Shown one piece after another: positions 1 through 9,762 of a DNA stretch of 64,000 nucleotides. The notes below the pieces were generated by a model. The model was not told where the DNA came from. It was given only the letters and a program-made list of their open reading frames with translations, and searched no databases. Location of the stretch: contig MFDN01000005.1 of the NCBI GenBank assembly GCA_001776935.1, positions 68,893-132,892 on the forward strand. Reading direction: 5' to 3'. The stretch is from Candidatus Daviesbacteria bacterium RIFCSPLOWO2_01_FULL_39_23. Lineage in GTDB: Bacteria > Patescibacteriota > Microgenomatia > Daviesbacterales > UBA10151. Made by a program: the position numbers and the translations under genes. Position 1 is the stretch's first letter; the number at the start of each line of letters is the position of its first letter.

Positions 1-102
1 GGTCCGCCAAAGGCGGACATGATATAGTCCTACCCCTACAGTAATGTAGAAAGGTGCATAATCTTGAGGCAGCGGGTCCGACTCCCGCCCCCGCAACAAT
101 TT

Positions 103-456
103 TTATTTAAAGAAAACTTTCAACCAGCCTAGCCAGTTAGGAAGACGCACCGCTGCTGCTGACGAGCTTGCCCCCAACACCAGCTTTATCTTTTCCTCAG
201 GAATCACCACTATTGTCTCCCCTTTTTTTGTAAAGCCTAATTTATTCCTGACTTCTTCCTCTATAAACTGGGGAGATTGAATTTGGGAAAGTTTTTCTTT
301 TAAAGCCTTATTTTTAACCTCTAGCTTATTGACTTCATCTGCGGCGGCAGACAATCTTTCTCCCGATTTAGTTGCATCCATAATCTGAGCAATCAGATTG
401 TATGCCACCACCAAACTCACCAATATAATCAATCCCAGCACTATCTTTTTACTCAT
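103..456 (-). CDS. FtsB/DivIC-like septum formation initiator (N-terminal TM helix plus coiled coil)
   Basis: 117 aa, single N-terminal TM segment followed by a K/E-rich coiled coil; typical FtsB/DivIC architecture. Motif-level only. Confidence 0.45.
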   Translation of the reverse strand: MSKKIVLGLIILVSLVVAYNLIAQIMDATKSGERLSAAADEVNKLEVKNKALKEKLSQIQSPQFIEEEVRNKLGFTKKGETIVVIPEEKIKLVLGASSSAAAVRLPNWLGWLKVFFK

Positions 457-514
457 TTTTAGAAATATTCACCCTTGACATTCGTATCCTATAACATTAA
501 AATATGTACTTAAT

Positions 515-1378
515 ATGATTACTCTACGCGATGCACATCAACAATTCGTCGGTCACCTGCAAGGCAAGTCACGGGCCTCAGCTACCATTTTAGCTTATGG
601 CAAAGACATTGAACAACTGGTGAATTTTTTGCAGGGAATAAACAAAACCAATCCTGCTTCTGTTGAAACTTCTGATTTAGAAACCTTTATGCAGAAGCTT
701 GCAAACGAAAACTATACTCCTAAGTCAATCTCAAGAAAGACCAATTCCACCCGGACTTTTTTCAAATTCCTAAAATCTTCAAATTTGATAGAAAAAGATC
801 CTGCTGATATATTGGAACATCCCAAATTCGAGAATAAACCTCCGAGAATTTTGGCAAAATTGGAGTACCGGGCGCTCCGCGACGCCGCCAGATCAGATAT
901 CAGAATGCTTGCAGTAATAGAGCTTTTACTCCAAACCGGCATCAGAATCGGAGAGCTTGCGAAACTGCGGGTTGAAGACATTGACCTTACAAATTTCACT
1001 ATCCATGTTCCCCCATTTGAGGATACCCGAGAAAGAACCATTCCCTTAAACAAATCCGCAGCAGAAGCTGTTAAAAATTATTTGCCTATACGGGCAAAAA
1101 CCCCAAATCACGCTTTATTTGTCACCAAAACCGGCAGGCCTTTGCTTATCAGGAATATCCGTACAGCCATTGATAGATACTTTAAGATTGCAGGCATAAA
1201 AGGCGCTAAAGTTAATGATTTAAGACATACCTGGGTAGCATTTCAGCTGCAATCAGGGGTACCTATGACTATGGTCTCAAAATTAGCCGGTCATAAAAGA
1301 CTTTCTACTACTGAAAAATACCTTCAATTTATCCAGGGCCAGACAGTTGAGGGCAAAGTCAAATTAGAAGAACTATAA
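515..1378 (+). CDS. Site-specific tyrosine recombinase, XerC/XerD family
   Basis: 287 aa. N-terminal SAM-like domain; C-terminal catalytic region ARxxI..., LRHTWV..., LAGHKRLSTTEKYLQ (R-H-R-Y signature). Confidence 0.8.
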   Translation: MITLRDAHQQFVGHLQGKSRASATILAYGKDIEQLVNFLQGINKTNPASVETSDLETFMQKLANENYTPKSISRKTNSTRTFFKFLKSSNLIEKDPADILEHPKFENKPPRILAKLEYRALRDAARSDIRMLAVIELLLQTGIRIGELAKLRVEDIDLTNFTIHVPPFEDTRERTIPLNKSAAEAVKNYLPIRAKTPNHALFVTKTGRPLLIRNIRTAIDRYFKIAGIKGAKVNDLRHTWVAFQLQSGVPMTMVSKLAGHKRLSTTEKYLQFIQGQTVEGKVKLEEL

Positions 1379-1477
1379 ATTAACAATTTCCTTACAGCTT
1401 AACTATTTAACAAATATTGACAAAATAACTCTATAGTTTTAGTATTAGGCCGTTGTAAATTTAGCACATCTTTATTT

Positions 1478-2766
1478 ATGTCAGCTAATTTAGAGACTAA
1501 ACTTAGGGAGGGATTTTATAATACTGCCGCAGCAATTCCTCAACATCTAAAAAATCACACGAAAACAGAGCTTGATGCAGAATTTCATCCTCTTTTTGAA
1601 GCTATCGCTACTCACGGATTGATTCCTTTGTTTACTACCGATAGATATGACCAAGATCTTCAGGGTGCAAGCAGAAATGCAATGCGAAGGCCATTTGGTA
1701 TTGTATTAAACACTTTATCTCCTAGTATTCAACTACTTCTTTATCCTGAAATAGTATATAAACCTATTGCTGAAGATAGAACTATTGCTAAAGAAGAAGG
1801 ACTAGAAGTAAGAACTAAAGGACCTCAAGCAATGCTTTATGTCCTTGATGAGTATGCTGGAGAAGTTGGTCAGGTAGAAAACCTTACTGCTAACATTATA
1901 TTCTCTGGTCATATGGCAGATGCTGCCTTAAATAATAGATTTCCTTTTAAAACGGGTGAGAGATCTTCAGAATTTCAAAAAGCAGTCAAAGAGGCTTTTG
2001 AAAAAGCACAAAGATATGTTTTGGCTCTTGAGGAAGAAAGTAGAGGTAAATTATTGCCCAGGATCTCCAAGTTGGGTGATCTTAATGAGATAGCATTAAA
2101 ACAAACCGCTAGGAATTTTGTCCTTTATGAGGTCGAACCCTTAAAAACTCAAGGCTTAATAGAGGTACCACTAAAGGATGATATAAACTTATCCCCAGCA
2201 GATGCAATCGCCACTGGGCAAACTTATTTACATTGCGACGAGAGAGAACTCCCATTTATAAACCCGTTAGGAGACTCATCTTATACAGGAGTACATGCTG
2301 AAGCTTGGTCGGAAATAGATGGGATAGAGATAATCACCTTTATGGTAGGTATGTTACACAAGTAGATGGAGATCGGTTATGTCTTGATTTTAAACTTGAT
2401 AGTACTCATTTCCCCTCGCCATACGGCTTCTTTGACATAATGGAAATTCAAGGACCACCCAAAGACGGATCTGAGCAACATATACTTATTGGCCAGGAAG
2501 TTAATAGGAAGATGGAACCCTTAGCTATGTCAGCAATATTTGCTCAACCCCAAAGAAATATTGGAGAGATATATAGAGAATTACCAGATAAACTAGTTTA
2601 TCCTGTTGTAGTGGCTGGTGATTTTAATTTTTCAATTCCAAGTATTAAGGAAAGATTAGAACAGCTAGCAGCTGATAAAGGTACAAAAGTTGAGATAGCC
2701 GCAGTTTTAAGGGATATTTTGACACTAGCTTCCCAAGATAAACTCAATAGATTAGCTACTAAATAA
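1478..2766 (+). pseudogene. Hypothetical protein apparently split by a frameshift (ORFs 1478-2365 and 2305-2766)
   Basis: The second ORF has no ATG (begins at TTG 2305) and overlaps the first by 60 nt in a different frame. Consistent with one ~430-aa gene carrying a frameshift (real, programmed, or sequencing error). Confidence 0.35.
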
Positions 2767-2828
2767 TATTTCTGTCATAATTATCAAACGGATTTATCCA
2801 AAAAGAGGTAGGCGGACCAGGATTGATG

Positions 2829-2899
2829 TAGGCCCGGAAGGAATCGAACCCTCGTCTTGATTGTATAAGAATCAGGTATTACCATTATACGACGGGCCT
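2829..2899 (-). tRNA. tRNA-Ile, anticodon UAU (reads AUA)
   Basis: Manual cloverleaf fold: acceptor AGGCCCG/CGGGCCU, D-stem GUAU/AUAC, anticodon stem UGAUU/AAUCA with loop CUUAUAC, T-arm GAGGG-UUCGAUU-CCUUC. CCA not encoded. Confidence 0.6.
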
Positions 2900-2907
2900 G
2901 AGCGGGC

Positions 2908-3603
2908 TTAATTGTACCAAAATTTATCACTCTTTGCTCCATAGAATTCACTTATAGCCTTAATAGACATTGCTATCTTCTCACTTAAATCAACGCTGAA
3001 ACAAAGTAAATTGCATGTTCCATGACCAAAGCTTTTGTAGGTTATGCCCTCTCTATTAGTTTTTTTTACATAAGAGGCTTTGAATTGACACTTAGGAATA
3101 TTTAAAGTATCTGACCAAAAAGACTCTTCCGCATTTCGATCCATATCCTTATAAAGATGCAGTCTAACATAGACTTTTTCCTTTTGAACTCCTAAAACCT
3201 TAGTAAGCCAATGTAGTGCAAATTTTATAACCCGTGGGTCTGTATTACTAATAGCAACTGTGCCTCGTTGCTTGCTTCCCTCCCCCCAATAAAGAAATAC
3301 TCCTGCAATAAAGAGTTCTTTTTCTGTCAAAGGCAATAGAACTTTTTCCTGTTCTGATAGCTTGGTTTTTAATCTTGCAATCCATTTATTTCGTGCTGTT
3401 TGACGAAATTTTTCAATTCTAATATCTCTTGAGATAAGTCTATTTTTAGACAACAAAAGAATTTGCTCTTCGGATAGAGGAAGATTTCTTAACCAGCCGC
3501 TAAGAGTGCTCTTAGCAACCCCTAATTCGCGTTTGATTTGCCCGAAAGTATAACCCTGAAGTCTCAGCTTAATTGATTCCCCGCGTAGAACAGTTTTTGC
3601 CAT
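2908..3603 (-). CDS. HTH-domain protein of unknown function; paralog of 33437-34132; abuts the 5' end of tRNA-Ile
   Basis: 231 aa. N-terminal resolvase-like HTH (TFGQIKRELGVAKSTLSGWLRN). Shares FIAGxxLYxGEGxK, SNxDPxxIKF and IPxxQFK motifs with the 33437-34132 protein. Possible LAGLIDADG-like single motif (tentative). Confidence 0.55.
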   Translation of the reverse strand: MAKTVLRGESIKLRLQGYTFGQIKRELGVAKSTLSGWLRNLPLSEEQILLLSKNRLISRDIRIEKFRQTARNKWIARLKTKLSEQEKVLLPLTEKELFIAGVFLYWGEGSKQRGTVAISNTDPRVIKFALHWLTKVLGVQKEKVYVRLHLYKDMDRNAEESFWSDTLNIPKCQFKASYVKKTNREGITYKSFGHGTCNLLCFSVDLSEKIAMSIKAISEFYGAKSDKFWYN

Positions 3604-3660
3604 CTCGTACTCAGCATATTATTTGTATGAACATCTGTCAATGGTACGATTTTTATAACT

Positions 3661-6009
3661 TTATAACCTGGCTCTTGAGGCCAGTTCTGCCTCAACCTGC
3701 ACTACATCCTTACCATGCTTTAACCTGGATAATTCCCTTATTGCCTGACCGATTTGGGGATTTAACATTGCTTTCCATTTTTTCATATCTTTGGTGGTAT
3801 CCAAAGAAAACGGCACCACCGGCTCGCCGTTTACTATGGTTTTAATATAAACATGAGGTGATTCTATATTAACCAAATCTGCCTCTGAAAATGTGGGAGA
3901 AAATTCATGCTGCAGATAATTGGCATCATTGACTCCGACCCGGAAAGCAATCACTGTACCCACATTTCCGAATACGGCATTTTTTAAATCCTCCCCGATT
4001 TGACCGATAAACTGGTTGGCCACCACTAAATTAAGCCTGTATTTTCTGGCCTCCGATAAAATATCTGCAAAAGTATCTGTGGCAAAATTTTGAAACTCAT
4101 CAACATACAGGTAAAAATCCCTTCTTTGCTCCATTGCCATATCTGTCCGCGACATGGCTGCAGCTAAAATCTTCGGCACCAGGATCAAACCTAAGAAGTT
4201 GGAATTTTCTTCCCCTATTTTTCCTTTGGACAAATTCATAATCAGAATTTTTCCTTCATCCATCACTTTGCGCAAATTAAAAGCAGATTTTGACTGGCCA
4301 ATTATATTCCGCATCATTTTATTGGTGACAAAACGGCCGAATTTGGAAACCGTATAATCCAAAACCTCTGATTTATGAAAATCCGTAGTTTGGGCAATCT
4401 GATCTGTCCAGTAACGCCTGACAACCGGATCAGTAACTTTGGGCAGAAGCTCTTTTACAAACTCCGCATCAGTCATAATCCTAACCACCTCCACAAAAGT
4501 GGCTCCCGGATTACTCATGGCAGTTAACATGGCATTTCTGACACCGTGCTCAAAACGCGGACCGATAATACCGGTTTTATTTGGATCAAAAAGCTTGTAC
4601 ATCAAACCAATAATGGAGGACACCACAAAATGCTTTTGCTGCTCATCATATGCTTCAAGCATGTTTAATCCGAAAGGCCGGGTCATATCCGAAGGATCAA
4701 AATAAATTACGTCTTCTGCCCGCTCCGGAGGAATCAATTGCAAAAGCTCCTCTGCAGCATCACCGTGAGGATCGATAAAACACAAACCTTTACCTGCCCG
4801 AATATCCTGCAGCATCAATGTTTTTAAAAGTTCAGACTTGCCAGTACCGGTTCTTCCGATTATATACATGTGCTTACGCCTGTCATCTTCCGAAAGATAC
4901 ACCGGACGGTCCACTCCCCGGAAGACAGATCTCCCAAGGTATAGTCCGGAAACAGGTATTTTCTCCGGAGCAGGAGCCCGTTTCGAGGAAAGCCAGCTGA
5001 TATACGGAGTTTCTATAGACTTGTTCGGAAAATGAAAAATTGAAGCCAGCTCATCAGCTGTAAGTACCGGAACTTTGGAATACCGGGGCATATAACGATA
5101 GATAAAATCAGTTAAAAAGCCTTTTTCCGAATAAACCTTGCCGCCGGTAAAACCATTATAAGGACCGGAGAATTGCTCAAAAGCCGCTTTTATATTAGTT
5201 AAATGAGCTTTAGCGGATTCTTCTGAGGCGCTTGAGACGGCAATCCGCAAACTTACATCAAATCCGGCTTTAACAACTTTATTCTCAACCGCTTCAAGCT
5301 GTTTGGCATCAGGCGGAGCTTTGGGATTTTTTTCATCTCCCGGCTCTTTTTCTTTTTTTAGCCATTTTTTGCCTGCATCTTTCCAAACACTTCCTGAGGG
5401 AGAAATCATCAATTGGATTGCCGCTCCTTCATTAAGCTGCATCTTGGCAAGAGCAGAAGTAATTCCAGAAAGCGGATCTGTCGGCAGATCGCGAAAAGTC
5501 TTTATAGGAAAATGGTCAGCGCTTTTTAACTTCAATTGGGCATAAGCTGTCTCCCCTGTCTCAGAAAAGATATTGTATTCCGAAACTTCTTTAATTTCTG
5601 CATCAGGATAAGCTCCGTGAATTTGTTTTTCAATCAGATCCTGATGGGACTTATGGCAGGAAATAAAAAACCTGATAGACTCATGCAGGGCCACAATCTC
5701 AAAAGAAAGATGAGGCTGGGGGATAAAAGAGCTAAACATGCCTCCGGATTTTCTAAGGGAAGCCAGGGTGGCAAAAAGCTGTTCAGCGGCATCTATTTTG
5801 ATTTCGTTTCCCCTGGGGACTTTAATTTGCAAAAGCACAAACTGCAAAGAAGATTTTTCCCGGCCCCGGTATTTGATCCAACCCACCAGGTATTTTTTTA
5901 AAAACAAAAAAATACCCACAAAAAAGATAACAACCCCTAAGATTGCCACCATTGCCGCCGCTATTGAATTAAAATCTACTGCCCCCCGTGTTGTTTGTGT
6001 GACTTCCAT
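3661..6009 (-). CDS. VirD4/TraG/TraD-like type IV secretion coupling ATPase
   Basis: 782 aa. N-terminal TM segment; Walker A GRTGTGKS; Walker-B-like LYVDEFQNF; overall TraD/T4SS-DNA-transfer architecture. Confidence 0.7.
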   Translation of the reverse strand: MEVTQTTRGAVDFNSIAAAMVAILGVVIFFVGIFLFLKKYLVGWIKYRGREKSSLQFVLLQIKVPRGNEIKIDAAEQLFATLASLRKSGGMFSSFIPQPHLSFEIVALHESIRFFISCHKSHQDLIEKQIHGAYPDAEIKEVSEYNIFSETGETAYAQLKLKSADHFPIKTFRDLPTDPLSGITSALAKMQLNEGAAIQLMISPSGSVWKDAGKKWLKKEKEPGDEKNPKAPPDAKQLEAVENKVVKAGFDVSLRIAVSSASEESAKAHLTNIKAAFEQFSGPYNGFTGGKVYSEKGFLTDFIYRYMPRYSKVPVLTADELASIFHFPNKSIETPYISWLSSKRAPAPEKIPVSGLYLGRSVFRGVDRPVYLSEDDRRKHMYIIGRTGTGKSELLKTLMLQDIRAGKGLCFIDPHGDAAEELLQLIPPERAEDVIYFDPSDMTRPFGLNMLEAYDEQQKHFVVSSIIGLMYKLFDPNKTGIIGPRFEHGVRNAMLTAMSNPGATFVEVVRIMTDAEFVKELLPKVTDPVVRRYWTDQIAQTTDFHKSEVLDYTVSKFGRFVTNKMMRNIIGQSKSAFNLRKVMDEGKILIMNLSKGKIGEENSNFLGLILVPKILAAAMSRTDMAMEQRRDFYLYVDEFQNFATDTFADILSEARKYRLNLVVANQFIGQIGEDLKNAVFGNVGTVIAFRVGVNDANYLQHEFSPTFSEADLVNIESPHVYIKTIVNGEPVVPFSLDTTKDMKKWKAMLNPQIGQAIRELSRLKHGKDVVQVEAELASRARL

Positions 6010-6012
6010 TAT

Positions 6013-6318
6013 TTATGCAGCTTCCTTTTGTAAAAACCGCTTACCTGAAGCTATTGTAACCGGCACTGATCCTTCAACGCTCCGCTCTCCAGTTGATAAA
6101 CCACCACCCCCTGTCTGTTCTTTGATAGTGCTTCCTACTACGTACGTAGCATTACCAAGCATATCTCTTATATTCTCCAGTGGAGATTGATCGTTTGGAT
6201 TAACAGAAACCGGGGTAGTTGTGTATCCACCCTGATTTAATAAATCGCTAGCCTTTCGGTGCAATTCCGGCGTAGGGTCTGCAGATTCAATTATTCCTTT
6301 TGGGACAGGTTCATGCAT
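6013..6318 (-). CDS. Hypothetical protein
   Basis: 101-aa ORF immediately upstream of the coupling ATPase on the same strand; no recognisable motif. Confidence 0.3.
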   Translation of the reverse strand: MHEPVPKGIIESADPTPELHRKASDLLNQGGYTTTPVSVNPNDQSPLENIRDMLGNATYVVGSTIKEQTGGGGLSTGERSVEGSVPVTIASGKRFLQKEAA

Positions 6319-6337
6319 GAATATATTATCTCACATT

Positions 6338-6631
6338 TTAACGGATAAGTATCACCCTGCCGACAATCTGAGAATCATTAATTTCCCCAAAATTTCTGCT
6401 GTCCGTACTTTCCTTAGCATTATCTCCCCTCACATAAATCCTGCTATTTTTATACATATGCACGCGCTTGATTATTTCACGGCTATTTTGCCTGACAACA
6501 ACTATATCCCCTGCTTTCGGCTTTAAAAAAACATATGCCCAATTAAAACACAATACATCCTGACCCGGCTTTAGAGTTGGCAACATGCTGTTGCCATGAA
6601 TTATAAATTTGGAAAAAGGAAAAATAGCCAT
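6338..6631 (-). CDS. sodX: S26-family signal-peptidase-like protease, probable NiSOD maturation peptidase SodX
   Basis: 97 aa with GNSMLPTL (S26/S24 catalytic Ser motif). Lies directly downstream of sodN, the known sodN-sodX arrangement. Confidence 0.65.
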   Translation of the reverse strand: MAIFPFSKFIIHGNSMLPTLKPGQDVLCFNWAYVFLKPKAGDIVVVRQNSREIIKRVHMYKNSRIYVRGDNAKESTDSRNFGEINDSQIVGRVILIR

Positions 6632-6703
6632 CAGTCATCAGTCTTCAGCTATCAGACGCTTTAATTCTTGCTGATCTGATGACTGACAGCTGATAGCTGA
6701 CGA

Positions 6704-7129
6704 CTACTTTTTAGTTTCTTCAAAAATCCCAGCAATCTCGTCTACAGCTTCAATTAACTCCTGAGCCTTGGCTTCATCTACTGCCCTTTTGTTATCAGAG
6801 CACAACTTCGCTGTTTTCCAAATTAACTCATGCAAATTGGGGAATTTTTCCAGGTGTTCAGCCTTAAAATAATCTGTCCATAAAACCAAAACTTCTTTCT
6901 TGCAAATTTCAGCATGAGCTTCTTTTACCATAACCATACGCACAAAATTGTTCCTGTCTAAAACTTGAGGATTTTCTCTGGGCAGCTCATTTATCTTTTG
7001 TACCATAGTCAAAACAGTCTTAGCGGCAATTTGGGCAGGTTTTGGGTCATAAATGCCGCACGGAATATCGCAATGAGCATAAACAGGCTTAGCCGGAAGA
7101 AGTTTCAGCAGTGTTTTTTTTAAATTCAT
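6704..7129 (-). CDS. sodN: Nickel-containing superoxide dismutase precursor
   Basis: 141 aa. Leader MNLKKTLLKLLPAKPVYA followed by the Ni-hook HCDIPCGIYDP (H-C-x-x-P-C-G-x-Y). Confidence 0.85.
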   Translation of the reverse strand: MNLKKTLLKLLPAKPVYAHCDIPCGIYDPKPAQIAAKTVLTMVQKINELPRENPQVLDRNNFVRMVMVKEAHAEICKKEVLVLWTDYFKAEHLEKFPNLHELIWKTAKLCSDNKRAVDEAKAQELIEAVDEIAGIFEETKK

Positions 7130-7181
7130 TAAATTAAATTTTACCGTTATTTTTTATGATTTAAGTAAGTTTCTATACAAT

Positions 7182-8141
7182 TTATTGTAAGATTCCGTTC
7201 CCTTCGGAAGGCAATTCCAACTTCTGCAAATATTCTTCTACGTTTAAGGCAGCTTTACAGCCGGCGCCGGCTGCTGTCACTGCCTGTCTGTAGCGGTGGT
7301 CTGCCAAATCGCCTGCAACATACACCCCCGGAATTTTAGTATAGACTTCATCCTCCACCAATACATAACCTTTTTCGTCCAGCTCCAGTTCTCCCTTTAA
7401 AAACCCTGTATTGGGTTTATGTCCGATGGCAATAAATACTCCGTCAACCTCCAGCTGGCTAATCTTCCCAGTTTGGGTATTTTTTATTTTCACTCCTGTG
7501 ACTTTTTCTTGTCCTAATACTTCTTCAAGTTGTGAATTCAGGATGAAATCAACATTTTTTTTACTCTTTACCAGTTCCTGTAAAGCAGGCTGGGCGCGTA
7601 ATTTATCTCTCCTGTGCACCACGCTCACTTGCTTGCACATACGGGACAGGTAATTTACCTCCCTCATGGCTGTATCTCCGCCGCCTACCACAATCACTTT
7701 TTTGTCTTTAAAAAAGAACCCGTCGCAGACTGCACAAGCAGATACACCCCTGCCGCGAAGACGTTGCTCAGACTCCAACCCCAACCACATTGCTGAAGCC
7801 CCTGTGGCAATAATTAAGCTTTCAGTCGTCAGCTGTCGGCTTTCAGACTGAACTACAAATGGTTTTTTCTTGAGATCCACAGAAATTACATCCTCATTTA
7901 TAAAACGGGTATCAAATCGCTCGGCCTGCTTGCGCATTTTTGCCATCAGATCAGGCCCCAAAACGCCGTTTTCAAACCCCGGATAATCATCAACATCCGT
8001 TGTCCACATGAGTTGTCCCCCCGCTTCCCTGCCCGCAATAACCAAAGGATTTAAATTTCCCCGGGCAGCATAAATTGCGGCTGTCAAACCAGCCGGGCCT
8101 GACCCGATAATAATCAATTTCTCTATTTTTTTATTTGCCAT
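7182..8141 (-). CDS. trxB: Thioredoxin-disulfide reductase
   Basis: 319 aa. FAD motif IIIGSGPAGLTAA, redox-active CAVCDG, NADPH motif VVGGGDTAM. Confidence 0.9.
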   Translation of the reverse strand: MANKKIEKLIIIGSGPAGLTAAIYAARGNLNPLVIAGREAGGQLMWTTDVDDYPGFENGVLGPDLMAKMRKQAERFDTRFINEDVISVDLKKKPFVVQSESRQLTTESLIIATGASAMWLGLESEQRLRGRGVSACAVCDGFFFKDKKVIVVGGGDTAMREVNYLSRMCKQVSVVHRRDKLRAQPALQELVKSKKNVDFILNSQLEEVLGQEKVTGVKIKNTQTGKISQLEVDGVFIAIGHKPNTGFLKGELELDEKGYVLVEDEVYTKIPGVYVAGDLADHRYRQAVTAAGAGCKAALNVEEYLQKLELPSEGNGILQ

Positions 8142-8144
8142 AAC

Positions 8145-8435
8145 CTAGTTTCCACTTGGGCTGACACGGGCGCTTACGCGCGGACTCACCTTAGGTTTAG
8201 CGCTTGGCGTGGCAGTTTTTGTTGATCCGGTAGCTTCTTTTATTCCCGGGGTGGCAGACGGGCTGGATGTTTGAATTACTGAAGCTATCGGAGTCGGTGT
8301 TAATTGCACCTGTTCTTCTATATTAGGCGAAATAACGGGTGAAACCTTACTTCTAAGCCACACCAAATATCCCGCAATAACCACCAACACTAAAATAACA
8401 ACAACTATTGAGACATTTTTATTCATTCTGTACAC
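8145..8435 (-). CDS. Small membrane protein with Pro/Thr/Ser-rich tail
   Basis: 96 aa, one TM helix then a low-complexity P/T/S-rich region. Confidence 0.35.
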   Translation of the reverse strand: MYRMNKNVSIVVVILVLVVIAGYLVWLRSKVSPVISPNIEEQVQLTPTPIASVIQTSSPSATPGIKEATGSTKTATPSAKPKVSPRVSARVSPSGN

Positions 8436-8501
8436 CTCCCCCCGGGCATTTGCCGCTATCTTAAACCTTTTTTGGCTGTAAAATCAACCCTTCGATTACA
8501 C

Positions 8502-9197
8502 TCAGGGTTGATCTCTTCGAGTCTGAGGACGAGATCGCCAGACCTCAGAGTCGAAGACCTGAGCCGGTCGAAGGATCAATACAGAAGCAAAAAGACCAGT
8601 GGCTAAACCCAACAACGCGCCTCCGAAAATATCAGACACCCAGTGCTCACCCAAATAAACTCTGGTTAGCCCCATTAAAAGAGCAAAAAGCAGAATTGAG
8701 CACAAAATAAAAAATCGCGGCACAATATTTTTTGAAGAGAAAATCACCATACAGCAAAAAATCGTCACAATAAAAATAGTCCGGGTCATGTGTCCGGAAG
8801 GATAGGAAAAATCCGTATGGACATAAAAACTAGGTAGAGATGTGGGTGTAAGACTCCGGTGGAAAAAAACCGGAGGACCAGGATGAAAAAGGATTAATTT
8901 CCCAAACACCTCTGCCGCTGTTGCCGGAATAATCATCAGCCAACCTGCAATAGCCAGCCATCTTTTCTTTAATAGATATAAAAACGCTGCTGCCAAACAA
9001 AATCCCACTGTGATTTCTGCGCTTCCTATAAGCGAGAAGTATGAAAAAATTCCATCAAATTTTTGCGGAATGCGGTCCTGCAGTTTAACCGTGGTATCAA
9101 AATCAATTTTTTGCCACCGCTCTTTTGCCACTGAATAGGAAAAGTACGTAAACAGAAAGGCGAAAAGAAGCGAAAGCAGTAATAATTTAATTCTCAC
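8502..9197 (-). CDS. PAP2-family phosphatase (membrane)
   Basis: 231 aa, multiple TM segments. PAP2 motifs SYPSGH and TRVYLGEHWVSD. Confidence 0.7.
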   Translation of the reverse strand: MRIKLLLLSLLFAFLFTYFSYSVAKERWQKIDFDTTVKLQDRIPQKFDGIFSYFSLIGSAEITVGFCLAAAFLYLLKKRWLAIAGWLMIIPATAAEVFGKLILFHPGPPVFFHRSLTPTSLPSFYVHTDFSYPSGHMTRTIFIVTIFCCMVIFSSKNIVPRFFILCSILLFALLMGLTRVYLGEHWVSDIFGGALLGLATGLFASVLILRPAQVFDSEVWRSRPQTRRDQP

Positions 9198-9211
9198 AGA
9201 CTATAATTGTA

Positions 9212-9682
9212 TCATCTGCGATTTAATATTCTGCTTGTAGAATGATCACCCACCATCTTTGTAACATACCTTAACCTGGCTCCGGTTATCTTAGCAACCC
9301 TTTTATGATAAGAATCCTCATATCCCCTGGTTAAGGCGATTATATTAGGTTTGATTTTTTTTACCAGCTTATTGTAGGACTGCTCTGTTGGCATATACGG
9401 CAACATAACCACATAATCCACCACTTCCAAGGCAGATAGAATTTTAGCCCGATCTTTTTGCATATGAACCGGACGATCAGGGCCTTTTATTTTTTTTAGT
9501 TTTTCATCACTTTCCAATAAAACTATTAAGACATCTCCTGCTTCTTTTGCTTTTTGCAGGAAAATTACATGCCCGGGATGCAAAACATCAAAACATCCGC
9601 CTGCCAAAACGATTTTTTTATTTTCGTCTTTGAGGAGTTTAATAAGGTATGAGATTTTTCTACCTGATAGTACACTTCCCAT
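9212..9682 (-). CDS. Cytidylyltransferase-like nucleotidyltransferase (HxGH; RfaE domain II / TagD-like)
   Basis: 156 aa. LAGGCFDVLHPGHVIFL (HxGH nucleotidyltransferase signature). Confidence 0.6.
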   Translation of the reverse strand: MGSVLSGRKISYLIKLLKDENKKIVLAGGCFDVLHPGHVIFLQKAKEAGDVLIVLLESDEKLKKIKGPDRPVHMQKDRAKILSALEVVDYVVMLPYMPTEQSYNKLVKKIKPNIIALTRGYEDSYHKRVAKITGARLRYVTKMVGDHSTSRILNRR

Positions 9683-9762
9683 TTTTACCTACGATACTTA
9701 ACATGAATCCCTGCGCTGCCCATTTGCTGACGAAAGCTTTTCCATTGCAAGGGCAAATTATA

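Noticed and set aside
3573-3845. Many short ORFs embedded antisense in long genes (for example 3573-3845, 4154-4357, 5536-5901, 7411-7653, 22021-22233, 45065-45535, 59977-60235, 60728-61111)
   Set aside because: They sit fully inside well-supported longer CDSs on the opposite strand, are low-complexity and lack start contexts; treated as shadow ORFs.
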